Of a stretch of DNA of 64,000 nt, positions 52,451 through 61,715 are shown piece after piece. The DNA comes from a virus. The notes under the pieces were generated by a model. It worked only from the letters and a program-made list of their open reading frames with translations, did not search any database and was not told where the DNA came from. The stretch is taken from IMG/VR virus record IMGVR_UViG_3300013901_000001; one strand, written 5' to 3'. Both the position numbers and the translations under genes were made by a program. How positions within the stretch are numbered: position 1 is the first letter of the stretch; each line of letters opens with the position of its first letter.

Positions 52451-52978
52451 ATGTCAGAAATACCAAAGTCAAGAAGAAAAGAATCAAAATTAGAAGTAAT
52501 TCACAAAGCGTATAAATTACGAGCTAGAATAACAAATGAACTAATATGCAGCTTCGGATATTCTCAAAAGAAATATGAAGCACATTTAAACAAAGCGGTA
52601 AGACATATTCGGGACGAAACAGAACGCGAGGAAAAGAAAGAAGTTCTGCGCAAAATGGAAGGAAATTTTGATTTCTGGATTATTGAAAAAGAAAGAGACG
52701 ATATTCTACATTACACAAAAGGAATCGTAAATCATCTTATATCTGCAAACACAATATATCCGGTTAATGTATCGGAATATGAAGAACGCAGATTGGAAAT
52801 GGATAGAGCGTTGGTGTGTTGCACGTGTCTTCAACAGGAATTGCAGTACATCGCAGAAGTTCTTCCGTCTGACAAGAATAAGTACATGAACATAGTGCTT
52901 GAAATTCAAACGATCCGAGAAATGATAAAAGGGCTTCGCCAATCCGACAACAGATTTTTAAGAGATATCAATAAATAA
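52451..52978 (+). CDS. DGR accessory protein candidate (Avd-like)
   Basis: ATG at 52451 after gaaaggagcatat. Basic, helical 175-aa protein between VR3 and TR. The upstream part of listed ORF 52277..52978 overlaps VR3. Confidence 0.5.
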   Translation: MSEIPKSRRKESKLEVIHKAYKLRARITNELICSFGYSQKKYEAHLNKAVRHIRDETEREEKKEVLRKMEGNFDFWIIEKERDDILHYTKGIVNHLISANTIYPVNVSEYEERRLEMDRALVCCTCLQQELQYIAEVLPSDKNKYMNIVLEIQTIREMIKGLRQSDNRFLRDINK

Positions 52979-53001
52979 ATAGCACATTGGGTAACCTTTG
53001 T

Positions 53002-53088
53002 ATCCAGTCGTCGTCTAACTTCGCTAATGTCAATAGCAATGGCAATGCGAACAACAACGACGCGTCTAACTCCAACGGGGTTCGTCCG
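53002..53088 (+). repeat. DGR template repeat (TR)
   Basis: atccagtcgtcgtctAActtcgctAAtgtcAAtAgcAAtggcAAtgcgAAcAAcAAcgAcgcgtctAActccAAcggggttcgtccg. It has 24 adenines, mostly in AAY codons. Confidence 0.85.
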
Positions 53089-53223
53089 ATTTCACAACTA
53101 CCTACTTGACATAGATTCTACTGGTAGCAATGGGAAAGGAAAGGTTATCCGTTCAGCGGAAGCTGATAAAAGAAAATTCCGATATGCCGAGTTACGACAA
53201 GGTATTAGAAACGGGGTTAAAAT

Positions 53224-54447
53224 ATGAATCCATTAATAGATGCAAATAGTTTATATGACGCCGGAACATTGGCGATAAAAAGTAGCAGCTTCAAGTACAA
53301 AACGCAATTATTTGAAATGAACCATCTTTTGGAAACTGCATTATTACAGAAAGAATTGCAAGAAGGAACGTACAGACCGGAAAAAGGAACAAAATTTCTG
53401 ATCCATGAAAGAGGAAAAATCAGATACATCACAAGCAATACCATGAGAGATAAAACAGTCAATCATGTGTTGTGTGATGAAATCGTCACACCATCCATAG
53501 AAAAATATTTGATCTATGATAATAGTGCTTCACAGAAAGGCAAGGGGATTTCTTTTGCCAGAAAGAGACTGGAAGAACATTTGCATAGTTATTATAGGAA
53601 ATACGGGACAAATGACGGCTACATCTTGTTGATGGATTTTTCAGGTTATTATGCGAATATTCCACACGATAAATGCAAGGACATTCTGTATAGAATGGTT
53701 TTCCGAGACGGACTTGAAGAAGAACCGACCAAAGCAGTGATTGAAAATATTTTTAAATCCTACGAAATGGATGTTTCATATATGTCTGATAAAGAAATAA
53801 AAGTCTTGTATAGCACAAAGGTAGATCCTGTAATGAACCAAAACGTTCCGAAAGAATTGCTTACAGAACAAAAGATGCTAAAGAAAGGAGCGGACATAGG
53901 AAATCAGCTTGCTCAAGCAATAGGAATTACTTTTCCTTATAAGATTGATAATTATGTGAAAATCGTAAGAGGATGCAAATTTTACGCCAGATATACGGAT
54001 GACAGCTATATTATTTCGAGCGATAGGGAATTTTTGTTTGATGTTTTGGACGGTATTAAAGAAATTGCGGATGAACATGGAATCATATTGAACAAAAAGA
54101 AAACGAGGATAGTAAAGATTTCCTCGTTTTTCAGATTTATGCAGATAGGATATTCCCTAACTGCCACAGGAAAAGTGATAAAGAAAATAAATCCTAAAAA
54201 TGTGAGAAGGGAAAGGGTGAAGCTGAAAAAATATAAAAATTTGTTAGATAATGGAAAAATGACATATGCAGACATAGAAAATTGCTTTAAGTCTTGGATA
54301 TGTACATACTGGAAAATTATGTCGCACCAACAATTATACAATATGAACGCCCTGTATAAGGAGCTGTTTGGAAAGGGAATAAAATGGAAAACGAAAAATT
54401 CACGATTACATTGGCTGATGGAACACAAATCACCGGACTTTCGATGA
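53224..54447 (+). CDS. DGR reverse transcriptase
   Basis: RT motifs include IGNQLAQ (DGR-type [ILV]GxxxSQ-like motif 4) and YARYTDDSYIIS (YxDD). Confidence 0.85.
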   Translation: MNPLIDANSLYDAGTLAIKSSSFKYKTQLFEMNHLLETALLQKELQEGTYRPEKGTKFLIHERGKIRYITSNTMRDKTVNHVLCDEIVTPSIEKYLIYDNSASQKGKGISFARKRLEEHLHSYYRKYGTNDGYILLMDFSGYYANIPHDKCKDILYRMVFRDGLEEEPTKAVIENIFKSYEMDVSYMSDKEIKVLYSTKVDPVMNQNVPKELLTEQKMLKKGADIGNQLAQAIGITFPYKIDNYVKIVRGCKFYARYTDDSYIISSDREFLFDVLDGIKEIADEHGIILNKKKTRIVKISSFFRFMQIGYSLTATGKVIKKINPKNVRRERVKLKKYKNLLDNGKMTYADIENCFKSWICTYWKIMSHQQLYNMNALYKELFGKGIKWKTKNSRLHWLMEHKSPDFR

Positions 54448-54683
54448 ATGGAAATTGTTTTATCAGCAACACGGAGATTGAGGAATACAAACTTACTGAC
54501 GACAACCTTTTGACTGTCACAATTAATGAAGAAACATATGAGAATATGACTTGCGACAACCTTTGGGAGGACAACGGCGAGTGGTGGTTTATTCTCCGTG
54601 AAAAGACAAAAGAAGAATTAAAAGAATTGGAATTGAATGCAAAGATTGAGTTTTTGATGGCTATGCAAGGGGTGATCGAATGA
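54384..54683 (+). CDS. hypothetical protein
   Basis: ORF track. Overlaps the RT 3' end. Confidence 0.45.
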   Translation: MENEKFTITLADGTQITGLSMNGNCFISNTEIEEYKLTDDNLLTVTINEETYENMTCDNLWEDNGEWWFILREKTKEELKELELNAKIEFLMAMQGVIE

Positions 54684-54814
54684 GTAAGAATTTTAAAAAA
54701 GTACAGATGTACTACAAGATGGGTATTTACAATAAGCAGATGGTTAAAATGCTCGTTTGGAAACTTATTACTTCTGATGAATACGAACTAATTACCGGAG
54801 AAAAGTATGAATAG
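54680..54814 (+). CDS. XkdX-like small protein (44 aa)
   Basis: MSKNFKKVQMYYKMGIYNKQMVKMLVWKLITSDEYELITGEKYE. The ...IT..EY..ITGE ending is typical of XkdX (from memory). Confidence 0.5.
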   Translation: MSKNFKKVQMYYKMGIYNKQMVKMLVWKLITSDEYELITGEKYE

Positions 54815-55046
54815 CACAGAAGAAAGATTCACAAGATCCGATGTGGAGATTGCGATAGAAGAAGCAATTGACAGCTATACGTTGCGCCTTATGGTTGCGG
54901 GTAGTAAAAAGCCGGATCTTCTTATCCAATCATACAAAAGACTATATGAAAGCGGAAAGATATTAAAGAAAGATCTTCTGGATCGCGTGATTTGGGAAAT
55001 TATCACACGGGAAGAATACAATTACATAACCGGACAGGAGGTATAG
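54807..55046 (+). CDS. XkdX-like protein
   Basis: Ends ...VIWEIITREEYNYITGQEV. Confidence 0.5.
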   Translation: MNSTEERFTRSDVEIAIEEAIDSYTLRLMVAGSKKPDLLIQSYKRLYESGKILKKDLLDRVIWEIITREEYNYITGQEV

Positions 55047-55048
55047 TT

Positions 55049-55414
55049 ATGGAAGAATGTATTAAATTAATCGTTGTATTGGCAATCTTAGCGTTAGCCA
55101 ACATCGTCGGCGGCGTTGTAAACAATGTTAAGCTGAAAAAGTTTTCTTTTAGTTGGAAAAAACTGTTGAATGGAGTGATTCAGTTTCTTGGAATTGGCTT
55201 CATGTTTGTGGCGTTGGCATACTGCATAGAAACTATTCCGGAGATTGGGAATGCTCTTGGCGTGCAACCGAAAACAATGATCTTGGCCGCCATTACCATA
55301 TATGCAAAAAAGATTTTCGAGCAGCTTAATGACTTTATCAATTTGAAGAAGGAAATCAAGGCAAATTTGGAAGAAGAAAAAGAAGAAGTAGACACAGAAT
55401 ACATGGATATGTGA
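55049..55414 (+). CDS. holin
   Basis: ATG at 55049 after ggaggtatagtt. Three hydrophobic segments and a charged tail. Directly upstream of the endolysin. Confidence 0.65.
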   Translation: MEECIKLIVVLAILALANIVGGVVNNVKLKKFSFSWKKLLNGVIQFLGIGFMFVALAYCIETIPEIGNALGVQPKTMILAAITIYAKKIFEQLNDFINLKKEIKANLEEEKEEVDTEYMDM

Positions 55415-55424
55415 GGTGGTAGAT

Positions 55425-56735
55425 ATGGAAGTAAAAGAGTTTATTGAACTTATAGCACCAATTGCGGTTAAAGATTGGAAAGAAAGAAAAAATGTTCTTC
55501 CGTCACTTACCATTGCACAATGTATTAAAGAATCCGGGCACGGAACATCTGAACTGGCAACAAAAGCCAATGCATTGTGTGGAATTAAAGCCGGAAATAA
55601 CTGGACAGGTGCTACATATACTAAGGTTTCCAAAGAATGGGAAAATGGCAAGTATGTGGATAAAAAGAGTACATTCAGGGCGTATACAAGTTGGGGAGAG
55701 TCTGTTGTAGATCACAATTCTTACATTGCGGAGCAAAAGATCGGAAAACAGAAAGAGCCAAACTTTAAAGAGGTTGTTGGGGAAACCAATGTAAAAAAGG
55801 CAATAGCCGGATTGGTTGGAAATGGCTGTCGAGAAGATAATATTGCAAGTTGTACGGATTCCGAACTGGCTGAATTTGTAAAGAACGGAAAAACAGAATA
55901 CACATATGCAACAGCACCAAACTATGCTCAATCCTTACTTACAGATTACATTGAAAAATACAACCTCACGCAGTATGATTCCGATGCGGACCAGTCCGCA
56001 GAGCCGGAACAACAGAAAAAGATTCGGTCATTCAATGTTCATGCTGGGCATAACCCTAGCGGTAAAGTCGCTTGCGGTTCGGTTGGTTATCTGAACGAGT
56101 CCGATGAAAACCGGAATGTCTGCAATGGATTGATTGAGAAGATCAAAAATGCCGGGCACGTAGCTTATAACTGCACCTGTGATGACGGTATAAGCCAAAA
56201 AGATGTATTGCAAAAGATTGTAGCAAAGTGCAATCAACATACGGTTGATCTTGATATTTCCGTTCACTTCAATGCCTTGTCAAAGGAATACATTTCAGAC
56301 GGTAAGACAAAGGGCGTTGAGGTGTGGATTCATCCGAATAACAGAGGAAAAGAAGTCGAAAAAACCGCACAGGCAATTTGTAACAGTGTTGCTAAATTGG
56401 GATTTACAAACCGTGGCGTCAAGTATTCCGACGGCCTTTACGTGATTAAAAACACAAAATCTCCGGCGATGCTGATTGAATGTTGCTTTGTAGACGATGT
56501 AGACGATTTCCAACTTTATGAATGTTCAAAAATGGTACAGGCTATTTATGACGGTCTTTCCATTGAAACAGTGGAAGATAAGGAAGAAAAGAAGTTGTAC
56601 TATGTCATTGCCGGGGTATATTCTTCGGAAGAAAACGCAAAGGCATTTGCAGAATCGCTTGCAAGCAAGGGATACCTGATGAACGCAGACGGAAATCTTA
56701 TCCGTGGAATTACAACGCAGATTAAAGAAATGTAA
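55425..56735 (+). CDS. multidomain endolysin (glucosaminidase, MurNAc-L-Ala amidase, SPOR-like)
   Basis: AQCIKESGHGTSELATKANALCGIKA (GH73-like). HAGHNPSG...ISVHFNA...GVEVWIH (Amidase_3-like). YYVIAGVYSSEENAKAFAESLASKGY (SPOR-like). Confidence 0.8.
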   Translation: MEVKEFIELIAPIAVKDWKERKNVLPSLTIAQCIKESGHGTSELATKANALCGIKAGNNWTGATYTKVSKEWENGKYVDKKSTFRAYTSWGESVVDHNSYIAEQKIGKQKEPNFKEVVGETNVKKAIAGLVGNGCREDNIASCTDSELAEFVKNGKTEYTYATAPNYAQSLLTDYIEKYNLTQYDSDADQSAEPEQQKKIRSFNVHAGHNPSGKVACGSVGYLNESDENRNVCNGLIEKIKNAGHVAYNCTCDDGISQKDVLQKIVAKCNQHTVDLDISVHFNALSKEYISDGKTKGVEVWIHPNNRGKEVEKTAQAICNSVAKLGFTNRGVKYSDGLYVIKNTKSPAMLIECCFVDDVDDFQLYECSKMVQAIYDGLSIETVEDKEEKKLYYVIAGVYSSEENAKAFAESLASKGYLMNADGNLIRGITTQIKEM

Positions 56736-56742
56736 GAAAAAT

Positions 56743-56774
56743 GGGGATGTCATTACGGCATCCCCTTATTTTTA
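56743..56774. terminator. bidirectional terminator between the endolysin and repressor genes
   Basis: ggggatg-tcattacg-gcatcccc with a T-run on the plus side. Confidence 0.65.
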
Positions 56775-57566
56775 TCTTACACCTAAAGTTCCGTCAGAAT
56801 TTAGAAATCCGACAATATATCCAATTTTATCATCAATGTCTTTCTCCCTGAATACAAGGTTGCTGTTGATAACGGAAATGTATTCCCACATTTTCTTTCC
56901 ATTAACAATTTTACGGATTTTCTGAACCAGATAGATATATCCGTCAAGGGTAACTATGCACAGTTCGTTATTAAGTGCGTCACGGTCAGCAGAAATCAAG
57001 ATAATTTCGCCTTGCATAAAATGTGGCATATAATAGTCGCATGGCATTTTCAGACCGCAGTAAACCTTATTTCTAATGGATTCGGGTAAGTCATTGATGC
57101 ATAGAGTTTCCGTAACATTGGTTGTCATTAAGTGACTGTCAAGATATTTGGGAGTAAAGATGGAAATGTATTTTTTCTTCCATTCAAGTTTTGAGTATAT
57201 TTTCTGTTGATGCCGGATAAAATATCTTACCATATACAAGGAATGTTCCGGAAGCGTTTTGCATATGGCAATAGATTCTTGCGTAACCGGGTTGATACAA
57301 TTTGCGCCAATCAAATCGTCAACACTAATTTTAAGAGCCTTTGCAATGGAAACGACCGTTGATAACTGAATATCCTTTTTCCTCTTATCATAAAGGATAT
57401 TGTTTAGCGTTGCAGTAGATATTCCGGTAAGGTCTGCAAATTCGCTTTGCGTCATATCCGGTTGTCTGGTATACAACATGATGTTGTTTCTCAAATTCTC
57501 GATACAATTTTCCGAATCATTTGAGAGTTTTGTCGATAAATAACGTATTCTTTCTTCCGATAGCAT
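56772..57566 (-). CDS. CI-like repressor (XRE HTH plus LexA/S24-like C-terminal domain)
   Basis: Start MLSEERIRYL at 57566 after gaaagggg. HTH MTQSEFADLTGISTATLNNILY. C-terminal beta-rich domain, catalytic Ser/Lys not verified. Confidence 0.65.
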   Translation of the reverse strand: MLSEERIRYLSTKLSNDSENCIENLRNNIMLYTRQPDMTQSEFADLTGISTATLNNILYDKRKKDIQLSTVVSIAKALKISVDDLIGANCINPVTQESIAICKTLPEHSLYMVRYFIRHQQKIYSKLEWKKKYISIFTPKYLDSHLMTTNVTETLCINDLPESIRNKVYCGLKMPCDYYMPHFMQGEIILISADRDALNNELCIVTLDGYIYLVQKIRKIVNGKKMWEYISVINSNLVFREKDIDDKIGYIVGFLNSDGTLGVR

Positions 57567-57898
57567 AGTTTTCCCCTTTCGTAAACGTGTTAAGATGTAA
57601 GTGTCTTCCAAAAGGAAGATACAAGTTCCGGTTTGAGGGCGGTGTTTATTGGCGTTTTCACCGTCCTCATTTAAAATATTATAAATCGGTAAGAAAAATC
57701 GCACAAGAAAAGATTGTGTAAAATATTGCATTATGTGATAAATTGTTTAATAATTTAACTGTGCAGAAAGGGAATTGAGAGGTGCGAAGTGGAAGAAGAT
57801 TACAAAAAACATATAATTGATATGATAAATAAAATAAATGATGCAGGTACATTAGAATACCTGCATACATTCATAAGGTTATTTTTGATGAAATGGGG

Positions 57899-58276
57899 TT
57901 AGTCCTCGTTTTTACTTCTGGATAACATTGATTCTATCATGTCCATTACAATTTCCTTATCTCTTTGGGAAAGCAAAGAGTATTTATAATAGAAATCAAA
58001 ATCTTGTTCTGCTTTAGCGGCAGAATCTTTTCTTTCAAAAGGAACATCAAAACCCATTAGCCATGCTTCCGTTACGTTAAGAGCCATACCGAGCATAACT
58101 AGTTTATCTTGGCTTGGTTCTGATTTCCCAGAAAGATATTGGCTAATATCAGATTTATTCATCTTAACATCAAATTTTGCGCAATATGGAAGTGCTTTAT
58201 TAAGAATATCCACTTGCCTTAAATTCTGTTCTTCCATTATCTGTTTTAATCTTTCCGAGGTAGTGAACCTTTTCAT
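57899..58276 (-). CDS. XRE-family repressor
   Basis: LRQVDILNKALPYCAKFDVKMNKSDISQYLSGKSEPSQDKLVMLGMALNVTEAWLMG. Confidence 0.7.
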   Translation of the reverse strand: MKRFTTSERLKQIMEEQNLRQVDILNKALPYCAKFDVKMNKSDISQYLSGKSEPSQDKLVMLGMALNVTEAWLMGFDVPFERKDSAAKAEQDFDFYYKYSLLSQRDKEIVMDMIESMLSRSKNED

Positions 58277-58314
58277 TGTTTATAACCTCCTTTCCAATAA
58301 GAATATATCATTGT

Positions 58315-58330
58315 TTGAACAAAAGTTCAA
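58315..58330. promoter_or_regulatory. palindromic operator candidate TTGAAC-AAAA-GTTCAA
   Basis: Perfect 6+4+6 palindrome in the repressor/cro intergenic region. Confidence 0.5.
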
Positions 58331-58370
58331 GATATAAAACTTAAAAAGTTAAAATAATTGAATTTTTATA

Positions 58371-58399
58371 TTGACATGGCTTATGTGTGGTGATACTAT
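58371..58399 (+). promoter_or_regulatory. sigma-70-type early promoter candidate
   Basis: TTGACA (58371-58376), 17-nt spacer, TACTAT (58394-58399), about 40 nt upstream of the cro-like ATG. Confidence 0.5.
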
Positions 58400-58440
58400 A
58401 CAATTAGTTAAAAGAATTGAACTTGAAGGGAGGTTTGAGG

Positions 58441-58665
58441 ATGGCTTTTAATTATAGCAAGTTAAAGGGAAGAATAGTGGAAAAGTATTCGAATCAATCC
58501 AATTTTGCAAAAGCATTTGGATGTTCGGAGCGTACACTATCTTTAAAAATGAACGGAAAGAGACCTTGGAAGCAACAGGAAATCTTGAATGCTATTAAAC
58601 TTCTTGATTTATCAGAGAATGATATACAGGAATATTTTTTTACCACAGAAGTTCAAAACATTTAA
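58441..58665 (+). CDS. Cro-like HTH protein
   Basis: ATG at 58441 after gggaggtttgagg. QSNFAKAFGCSERTLSLKMNGKRPW. Confidence 0.6.
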   Translation: MAFNYSKLKGRIVEKYSNQSNFAKAFGCSERTLSLKMNGKRPWKQQEILNAIKLLDLSENDIQEYFFTTEVQNI

Positions 58666-58698
58666 CTTTCCGGTAGAAAAATTTAGCGAAGAGTTGAG

Positions 58699-58923
58699 AT
58701 GTCCGAAAAACGGACATCCGGAATTGAAGAAGTGGATAATGGGGGAACGAGAATGCAAATTTATAGTATTGATGATTTAAAAGGAACTCTCTACCAACAG
58801 TTGCAGCTATTGGCAGAGAGAAGCAAAAAAGAGGATATATCGGTGAAAGAACTTTGCGATATATCTAACGAAATGAACAAACTGGTAAGTGCTATTTACG
58901 GATTAAGCGTTCGTTCAATATAG
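58699..58923 (+). CDS. hypothetical protein
   Basis: ORF track. Confidence 0.4.
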   Translation: MSEKRTSGIEEVDNGGTRMQIYSIDDLKGTLYQQLQLLAERSKKEDISVKELCDISNEMNKLVSAIYGLSVRSI

Positions 58924-59086
58924 ATTGAATGTCGCTAATATTTCTTTGGATTGCTGGTAGTTCGGTAAGCATATCGTTTTGAGCCATATTTTGAACTGCA
59001 CAACATTTCCTATTAAGACTATTAAAATACCAAGCGCATTTATCTTTAATGCAATCTTGGAAGTTGTTCATAGGACATTTAGACAC
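58892..59086 (-). CDS. hypothetical Cys-rich small protein
   Basis: ORF track. aaggaggtgatac RBS on the minus strand. Confidence 0.45.
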   Translation of the reverse strand: MSKCPMNNFQDCIKDKCAWYFNSLNRKCCAVQNMAQNDMLTELPAIQRNISDIQSILNERLIRK

Positions 59087-59135
59087 AGTATCACCTCCTT
59101 ATAGGAGAGTATAGCACACGGAAAGGAGAAACGAA

Positions 59136-59936
59136 ATGAAGGAACTTGTTAAGTCAGATATGAAAACGCCTATTGAGATTGCCCTTGGCGTAGACGAGAA
59201 CGGAACGACTACTGCAAGAGCGTTATATGAGTTTTTGGAACTTGCACAGGGGCAGTTTTCCAGATGGGCGAAAGCCAATATCGAATCCAACGAATTTTAT
59301 GAAGAAAACAAGGATTGGTGGGGGTTCGACATCGTGTCGAACGGTAATAATTGCAAAGATTATCGTTTGACTACTGATTTTGCAAAGCATCTTTCTATGG
59401 AGAGTCATTCTGAAAGAGGTAAGGAAGCAAGGCGGTATTTTATTGCCATTGAGGACAGGGCAAAACAGGAAGTAATAAATCGTTCACAGCTTTCTCCGCA
59501 GACACAACTTATTTTGCAGTTGGCACAAAGCATTGCCAATAAGGAAATGGAAGACAAGGAAAGAGACCGGAAGATTGCCATTGCACAGGAAACAGCACAA
59601 AAGGCGGTAGAAACAACCAACAACATCAAGGAAGCCGTAAAGCCTGTCCTAGATAATTGGCGAGCAGAGATAAAAAGCAGAATAGCGAAGATAGCGCCTA
59701 AAGCGAACATGAACTACGGAATCTTACAGGCAGAAATGTACAAGGAACTCGAACGTAGGGCAGGTGTTGATTTGAATAGGCGTGTCAACAATATGAAACA
59801 GAGAGCCAAAGATTCTTGCAGTACAAAGAAACAGGTAGATGATATCAGAAAAATTGATGTGATTGAACAGGATAAGAAGTTGCGCGAGATTTACTCCAAA
59901 ATTGTTACTGAATACGAAATCAGATATTGTGCTTAG
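59136..59936 (+). CDS. AntA/AntB-type antirepressor-like protein
   Basis: TARALYEFLELAQGQFSRWAKANIESNEFYEENKDW...DYRLTTDFAKHLSM...ARRYFI. Confidence 0.65.
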   Translation: MKELVKSDMKTPIEIALGVDENGTTTARALYEFLELAQGQFSRWAKANIESNEFYEENKDWWGFDIVSNGNNCKDYRLTTDFAKHLSMESHSERGKEARRYFIAIEDRAKQEVINRSQLSPQTQLILQLAQSIANKEMEDKERDRKIAIAQETAQKAVETTNNIKEAVKPVLDNWRAEIKSRIAKIAPKANMNYGILQAEMYKELERRAGVDLNRRVNNMKQRAKDSCSTKKQVDDIRKIDVIEQDKKLREIYSKIVTEYEIRYCA

Positions 59937-59951
59937 GAAAGGGGTGAAATT

Positions 59952-60164
59952 ATGAAGAAAAATGAAGCATTGGCGGTGTTCAATTCAAGAATTGTAAATA
60001 ATCAGGTTGAAACTGAATTTTTGCATGACAAGCAGGAACTTAAAAGTGAAATAAGAAAACTTTCAAATAATGATGAGGGTTTTGAGGACGTAGTTTTTGA
60101 ACTGGGATGCTCTGTATTGGCAAAGGAATACTTAAAGCAGATCAACAATAACGAATCGGAATAA
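59952..60164 (+). CDS. hypothetical protein
   Basis: ORF track. Confidence 0.45.
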   Translation: MKKNEALAVFNSRIVNNQVETEFLHDKQELKSEIRKLSNNDEGFEDVVFELGCSVLAKEYLKQINNNESE

Positions 60165-60186
60165 CGATTCTTAGAAAGGAGCAGAA

Positions 60187-60600
60187 ATGAAAAACCGAGA
60201 GAAATACGCAGATTTTCTTATTGAGTGTGCGATACGTGGAACAGGTGTTGCGGTCACAAAGGACGGCAAGCCTTGTAATTGCATGGATTTAGAGTGCGAA
60301 GATTGTCTTTTTAACAATCCGTCTGTGGATTGTGCAGAAATGACGAGAAAATGGGCGGACGCAGAGTACGAAGAACCGAAAGTCGATTGGAGTAAAGTGC
60401 CGGTTGATACGAAGATGTGGGTTAGGGATGAATTTTCAGATAAATGGCTTCCGAGATATTTTTCGGGAGATGTAACCGAAGACGGAAAACCATCTGTGTT
60501 TTTAGACGGAAGAACTTTATTTTCTTGCGATAGAAATGTAAATGGATTTCCATTTACAGCAACATTTCCGTACTACAAACTTGCGGAGGATATCTTATGA
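60187..60600 (+). CDS. hypothetical protein
   Basis: ORF track. Confidence 0.5.
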   Translation: MKNREKYADFLIECAIRGTGVAVTKDGKPCNCMDLECEDCLFNNPSVDCAEMTRKWADAEYEEPKVDWSKVPVDTKMWVRDEFSDKWLPRYFSGDVTEDGKPSVFLDGRTLFSCDRNVNGFPFTATFPYYKLAEDIL

Positions 60601-61004
60601 GAAAGAAATTGATTGTGTTTCTTCCTATTATAATGGCGTTTCTTTTATCCATTCCGGTCAAAGCTAATAACGAACCGTTTGTGATGCACACCACGGCATA
60701 TTGTCAGGGAACGATAACTGCAAGTGGTACAAAGGTCAGACGTGGCATATGCGCTGTGAAAAGGGAGTGGATAGGAAAACTCGCCATTGTCTACGAATAC
60801 AAGGATGGAGAGATTGGAGATGTTATCGGATATTATGAATGCCTTGATACAGGATTTGGTGGTGATTCTGACGGTGACGGTATTGGAAGCATAGAAGCCG
60901 GAAGGTGCATTGATATTTATTTTCCAACTTTGGAAGAATGTAAGGATTGGATGAAGCAGACAGGTGGAAAGGTCTATGTTCAGCTTGTGGATGCAGAAGG
61001 TTAG
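60597..61004 (+). CDS. secreted 3D-domain protein
   Basis: Signal-like N-terminus (KKLIVFLPIIMAFLLSIPVKA). TAYCQGTITASGTKVRRGICAV...LDTGFGGDSDGDGIG...IDIYF. Confidence 0.6.
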   Translation: MRKKLIVFLPIIMAFLLSIPVKANNEPFVMHTTAYCQGTITASGTKVRRGICAVKREWIGKLAIVYEYKDGEIGDVIGYYECLDTGFGGDSDGDGIGSIEAGRCIDIYFPTLEECKDWMKQTGGKVYVQLVDAEG

Positions 61005-61346
61005 GGAGAAGGTGAAGAAATGTACATACCACCGTTTTGGTGCGGAGTGATTGCGACAATCTTATTTGAACTGGCAGTAACAATTATTATGGCATTTGCC
61101 GTAAGGACGAAATCAGAGAAAGGAGAGGAAGACGATGATCGTAACTAATTTTAATGAAATGAGCATTGAAGAACTGGAAGCTATTTGTGACACGCTCCAC
61201 ATGGAATTATCCATCAACGATGGAAAGATCGTAGGGGCAGAGAAATAGCACCTACAACGACCGGTAATCAGAATAGGTGCTATAAAGTGAATCAGCTATT
61301 GCTTTTTCATGCCCTATTATACCGGAGAAAGGAGAAAAAGTCAAAC

Positions 61347-61715
61347 GTGACAAAGGATAGGATAGAAAAAATTCTTATGAATATGGGGATATATCCATAT
61401 CATGTTGGGTTTAAGTATCTTGTAGAAGCGATCCCGTTAGCTTTTGAAACTTTAGGAAAAACGTCGTTTGCAATGTATATCTATTGCGAGGTTGGAGAGA
61501 AATGCGGAGTTGATTACAGGTGCGTAGAACGTGGAATAAGAGAGTCGCTAAAGAACATCAAAAGAGATAGCAGCGATTTCAAAAAGTACATCGGGATTAA
61601 CGAAAATGAAAAGGTCACCACAAAGAAATTTCTTTCCATGTTTGCATACAATTCTTTAAAAGAAAGGGGTGAAAGAATTGAACGAGATACAAATAACAGG
61701 AACGGTACAGGATAA
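61347..61715 (+). CDS. Spo0A C-terminal (DNA-binding) domain homolog
   Basis: IEKILMNMGIYPYHVGFKYLVEAI...YRCVERGIRESLKNI...KKFLSMFAYNSL parallels B. subtilis Spo0A [21 protein letters not shown]...ASRVERAIRHAIEVA...SEFIAMVADKL (from memory). The GTG start at 61347 is tentative. Confidence 0.6.
   Translation: MTKDRIEKILMNMGIYPYHVGFKYLVEAIPLAFETLGKTSFAMYIYCEVGEKCGVDYRCVERGIRESLKNIKRDSSDFKKYIGINENEKVTTKKFLSMFAYNSLKERGERIERDTNNRNGTG

Larger units (their letters stand above)
51561..54447 (+). mobile_element. diversity-generating retroelement cassette (target-VR3, Avd-like, TR, RT)
   Basis: See the component features. Confidence 0.85.

Noticed and set aside
53027-53227. 66-aa ORF overlapping the DGR template repeat and spacer.
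   Set aside because: It is the TR read in frame (MSIAMAMRTTTTRLTPTGFVRF...), mirroring the VR coding frame. It has no RBS. TR plus spacer is expected to act as RNA.
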